DNA from: Folioceros fuciformis
Lineage: Eukaryota
NCBI GenBank assembly: GCA_049999805.1
Contig: JBNGIO010006328.1
Location: 49,185 to 83,625, forward strand
Length of the DNA stretch: 34,441 nt
Direction of reading: 5' to 3'
The position numbers were made by a program, and so were the translations under genes. The notes under the pieces were generated by a model. It did not search any database, was not told the origin of the DNA, and worked only from the letters and a program-made list of their open reading frames with translations. Below, one piece after another: positions 33,655-34,441 of this stretch (positions within the stretch are counted from its first letter, which is position 1; each line of letters starts with the position of its first letter).

Positions 33655-33722
33655 TGGCCGGGCCCGGGGCCCGGGGCTGGTGCCGGGGCCCGGCGCGGCG
33701 CGGCCCAGCTCGGGCCGGGCCC
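33655..33722. promoter_or_regulatory. GC-rich cluster of GGGCCC/GGCCC motifs (site II/TCP-like), possible promoter
   Basis: At least five GGCCC/GGGCC occurrences in under 70 bp. Function is inferred only. Confidence 0.3.
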
Positions 33723-33888
33723 AGGAAGAGAGCGAGAGAGCTGATCATGGACTGGGTTTGGCCTATGTGATCACAATGGCATGCAAGGCAAGACAAGCAG
33801 GGCGAGGGATGGAGACCCCGGCGCCGGTAAGAAACAAAGGCAGAGGCAGCGCCAGCGCCAGCGCGGCGCTCCGTCAGTCGGTGTCCCT

Positions 33889-34419
33889 CACATACACACA
33901 CACACACACACACACAAGACATTATGTACCGCGTTGGCATGACTAGGCTCGCACGAGTGTGTGCGGCAGCGACAGCATTTGGGAGCGGCAGCATTTGGCA
34001 GCGTCTGTCAGCGTTTGGCACGAGCCAAGCTTCCCCACTCTTCCTAACCGCACCAGCAGCAGAGGCAGAGGCAGGGCCCGCGGCCGGGGCAGCGGGAGGG
34101 GCAGGGGCAGGGCATAGGCATAGGCAGAGGCAGAGGCAGAGGGAGGGGCTTCGGTACCCGGGACTTTGCCAGGGGAAAGGTGGAAATTGCAAAGGGGAGT
34201 GCGAGAATTGGGAATTCCTCGAGACTCGGATGCCCCTTGGATTTTTGCGGTTCGAAGCCCGAGCACGTCTCGTCTCGTCTCGTTTCGCCTGGCCTCGTCT
34301 CGTCTCTTCCGTTCCCTTTCCTTCCCTTCCCTTCCCGTCTCGTGGTAGTTGCACTGTTGTGGCTCCCAGTTGAGGCCAAGCCCCGCCCCGCCCCGCCCCG
34401 CCCCGCCCCGCCCCGCCCC
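33889..34419. repeat. Microsatellite-dense block: (CA)n, (GGCAGA/GGGGCA)n, (GTCTC)n, (CCCTT)n, (GCCCC)8
   Basis: Arrays at ~33889-33916, ~34060-34142, ~34267-34306, ~34313-34336 and 34380-34419. Confidence 0.9.
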
Positions 34420-34441
34420 TTCACCTTTCTCAAGTCCCGCT

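Noticed and set aside
34015..34023. Match to the 5' end of miR536 as I recall it (TCGTGCCAA, minus strand)
   Set aside because: Only about 9 nt match and no precursor hairpin is evident.
33149..34354. 401-aa minus-strand ORF and overlapping plus-strand ORFs
   Set aside because: Largely translated microsatellites (CLCLCL, CVCVCV, EPEPEP) in very GC-rich DNA, with no domain.

Overview
Eukaryotic nuclear DNA from a compact land-plant genome with short GT-AG introns (about 60-160 bp). A non-seed plant such as a lycophyte is my inference, not a determination. The first ~11.4 kb is a nest of decayed transposons: a minus-strand Ty1/copia 5' half, an L1-type LINE fragment containing a 10-N assembly gap, a full-length but stop-riddled plus-strand Ty1/copia element (4270-10051), another copia gag fragment and a PIF/Harbinger transposase remnant. 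From 11.8 to 30.3 kb is a dense gene block: mitochondrial-type release factor 1, UCH3-like deubiquitinase, an F-box/kelch-like remnant behind a 22-bp inverted-repeat element, a PLS-E+ PPR protein, an intronless C-terminal RING protein, NAA10, an NDF5/PnsB2-family gene and a small LYR-motif gene. The last ~4 kb holds a tentative 5-exon orphan ORF and a GC-rich, microsatellite-dense stretch with no recognisable protein. I found no convincing wholly new multi-gene system. The most unusual signals are (1) an LTR+PBS+leader fragment inserted inside the copia integrase with a 15-bp duplication, (2) the apparently chimeric copia element, (3) three PPR L motifs with a conserved 16-aa insertion and (4) the possible orphan gene head-to-head with the LYR gene. 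Exon coordinates were read by eye and no database searches were run.
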